Shown in pieces: positions 63,185 to 64,000 of a stretch of 64,000 nt of DNA. The position numbers and the translations under genes were made by a program. Every line of letters begins with the position of its first letter. Positions within the stretch are counted from its first letter, which is position 1. This stretch comes from Nitrospirales bacterium (GTDB lineage Bacteria; Nitrospirota; Nitrospiria; Nitrospirales; UBA8639): NCBI GenBank assembly GCA_965203295.1, contig CBDBCZ010000019.1:1824001-1888000 (forward strand). The letters are read 5' to 3'. The notes beneath the pieces were generated by a model. The model had not been told where the DNA came from and made no database searches. It saw only the letters and a program-made list of their open reading frames with translations.

Positions 63185-64000
63185 TCACCTGGGCATGGTA
63201 GCTACATGATTCATCAAGTCCTCAACCACACCGCAGATTTCATTCATAGAAAATTGTAAGCATTTCTTGGTCGAGCATTGTTGAACCTCGTCCCAATCTT
63301 GACAGTGACAGGTAGGACCTTGTAAGATCTTGACATGTTCGCCCCGTGGGCCCCATCGCGCAGGATCAGTCGGCCCAAACAATGCCAGAGTTTTTACACC
63401 AAAGGCCGCAGCCAAATGTGTCAATCCCGAATCATGGCCCACAAATACATCAACGTTGGAGAGCACCCCCGCCATTGTTCCTAGATCCTTTTCACAGACA
63501 AATTGGACAGATAGATCCATGAGTTCAACCTCAAACCGCTGCAAGGCATTCTGATCAGCCGGTCCTCCACAGACAAGGACCTTGGTGTTTGGACGACGAA
63601 CAAACCGTCTCAACAATTGAATAAGGAAATCGGAAGAACAACATTTGTGGATGCTCCCACTCCCTGGATGAACCATTATGGCACTTTCCCGGTCTTCCAA
63701 AGCGGTGAGAATTGTTTTCTCATTTCTTCCTTCATGATTATCCTTTTTAGGAATTCTTAGAGGTGTCCTTGGGGCATTGATGGAAATCCCCAAAGGATGA
63801 AGCGTTTCGAGGAATCGGTCTTCCATATGAATGGAACTTAAAGCGTTATTCACAGGAGAACAACAAAGAAGATCTTTGACACCGGCCTTTCTCATATTGA
63901 TGTTTAAGAAGCCGTTTTCCGATTTCATCCAAAATATTCCATGGGAACACCGCTGAAGAACTGATTGAACCTGCAAAGGAGATGAAGTCACCTCTCCTAA
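63185..64000 (-). CDS. Glycosyltransferase family 9 (heptosyltransferase-like), 5'-truncated by window edge
   Basis: HPGSG, GGPAD, FVGHDSGLTHLAAA, LFGPTDP..WGP. Confidence 0.88.
   Translation of the reverse strand, partial: LGEVTSSPLQVQSVLQRCSHGIFWMKSENGFLNINMRKAGVKDLLCCSPVNNALSSIHMEDRFLETLHPLGISINAPRTPLRIPKKDNHEGRNEKTILTALEDRESAIMVHPGSGSIHKCCSSDFLIQLLRRFVRRPNTKVLVCGGPADQNALQRFEVELMDLSVQFVCEKDLGTMAGVLSNVDVFVGHDSGLTHLAAAFGVKTLALFGPTDPARWGPRGEHVKILQGPTCHCQDWDEVQQCSTKKCLQFSMNEICGVVEDLMNHVATMPR

Overview
Chromosomal segment from a Nitrospirota (Nitrospirales-like) nitrite oxidizer. The assignment is inferred from the NxrC-type heme-b proteins, TorD-like chaperone and gene order; no marker gene is present. 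Left arm (1-13.4 kb): metal and redox envelope genes (tonB-exbB-exbD, a RAPP-ending DUF2946-like leader ORF, Cu P1B-ATPase, Ni/Co permease, Rdx, glutathione peroxidase, NfeD/SPFH, a decayed toxin-antitoxin pair). Middle (13.4-37 kb): housekeeping genes (tldD/tldE, aguAB-like, pal-cpoB, PAS-GGDEF-EAL, amgK-murU-like, zwf, ttuB-ttuA-like, ilvD) and a GC-rich composite palindromic repeat. Right (37-57 kb): a minus-strand nitrite oxidoreductase accessory cluster without nxrAB. It holds an HExxH/Zn-finger protein, ferredoxin, TorD-like chaperone, nxrC, B12 radical SAM enzyme, membrane protein, TPR, TatA, NHL propeller, a second NxrC paralog, PDZ protein and two pentaheme cytochromes c, flanked by a WD40 protein and a sigma-54 two-component pair. 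The window ends with GT9-argS-tgt-yajC-secD-secF. At least eight genes are broken by single-base indels or in-frame TGA codons, and many conserved residues show G:C to A:T changes; this is either sequence error/DNA damage or real genome decay. No rRNA, tRNA, CRISPR array or intact IS was seen.
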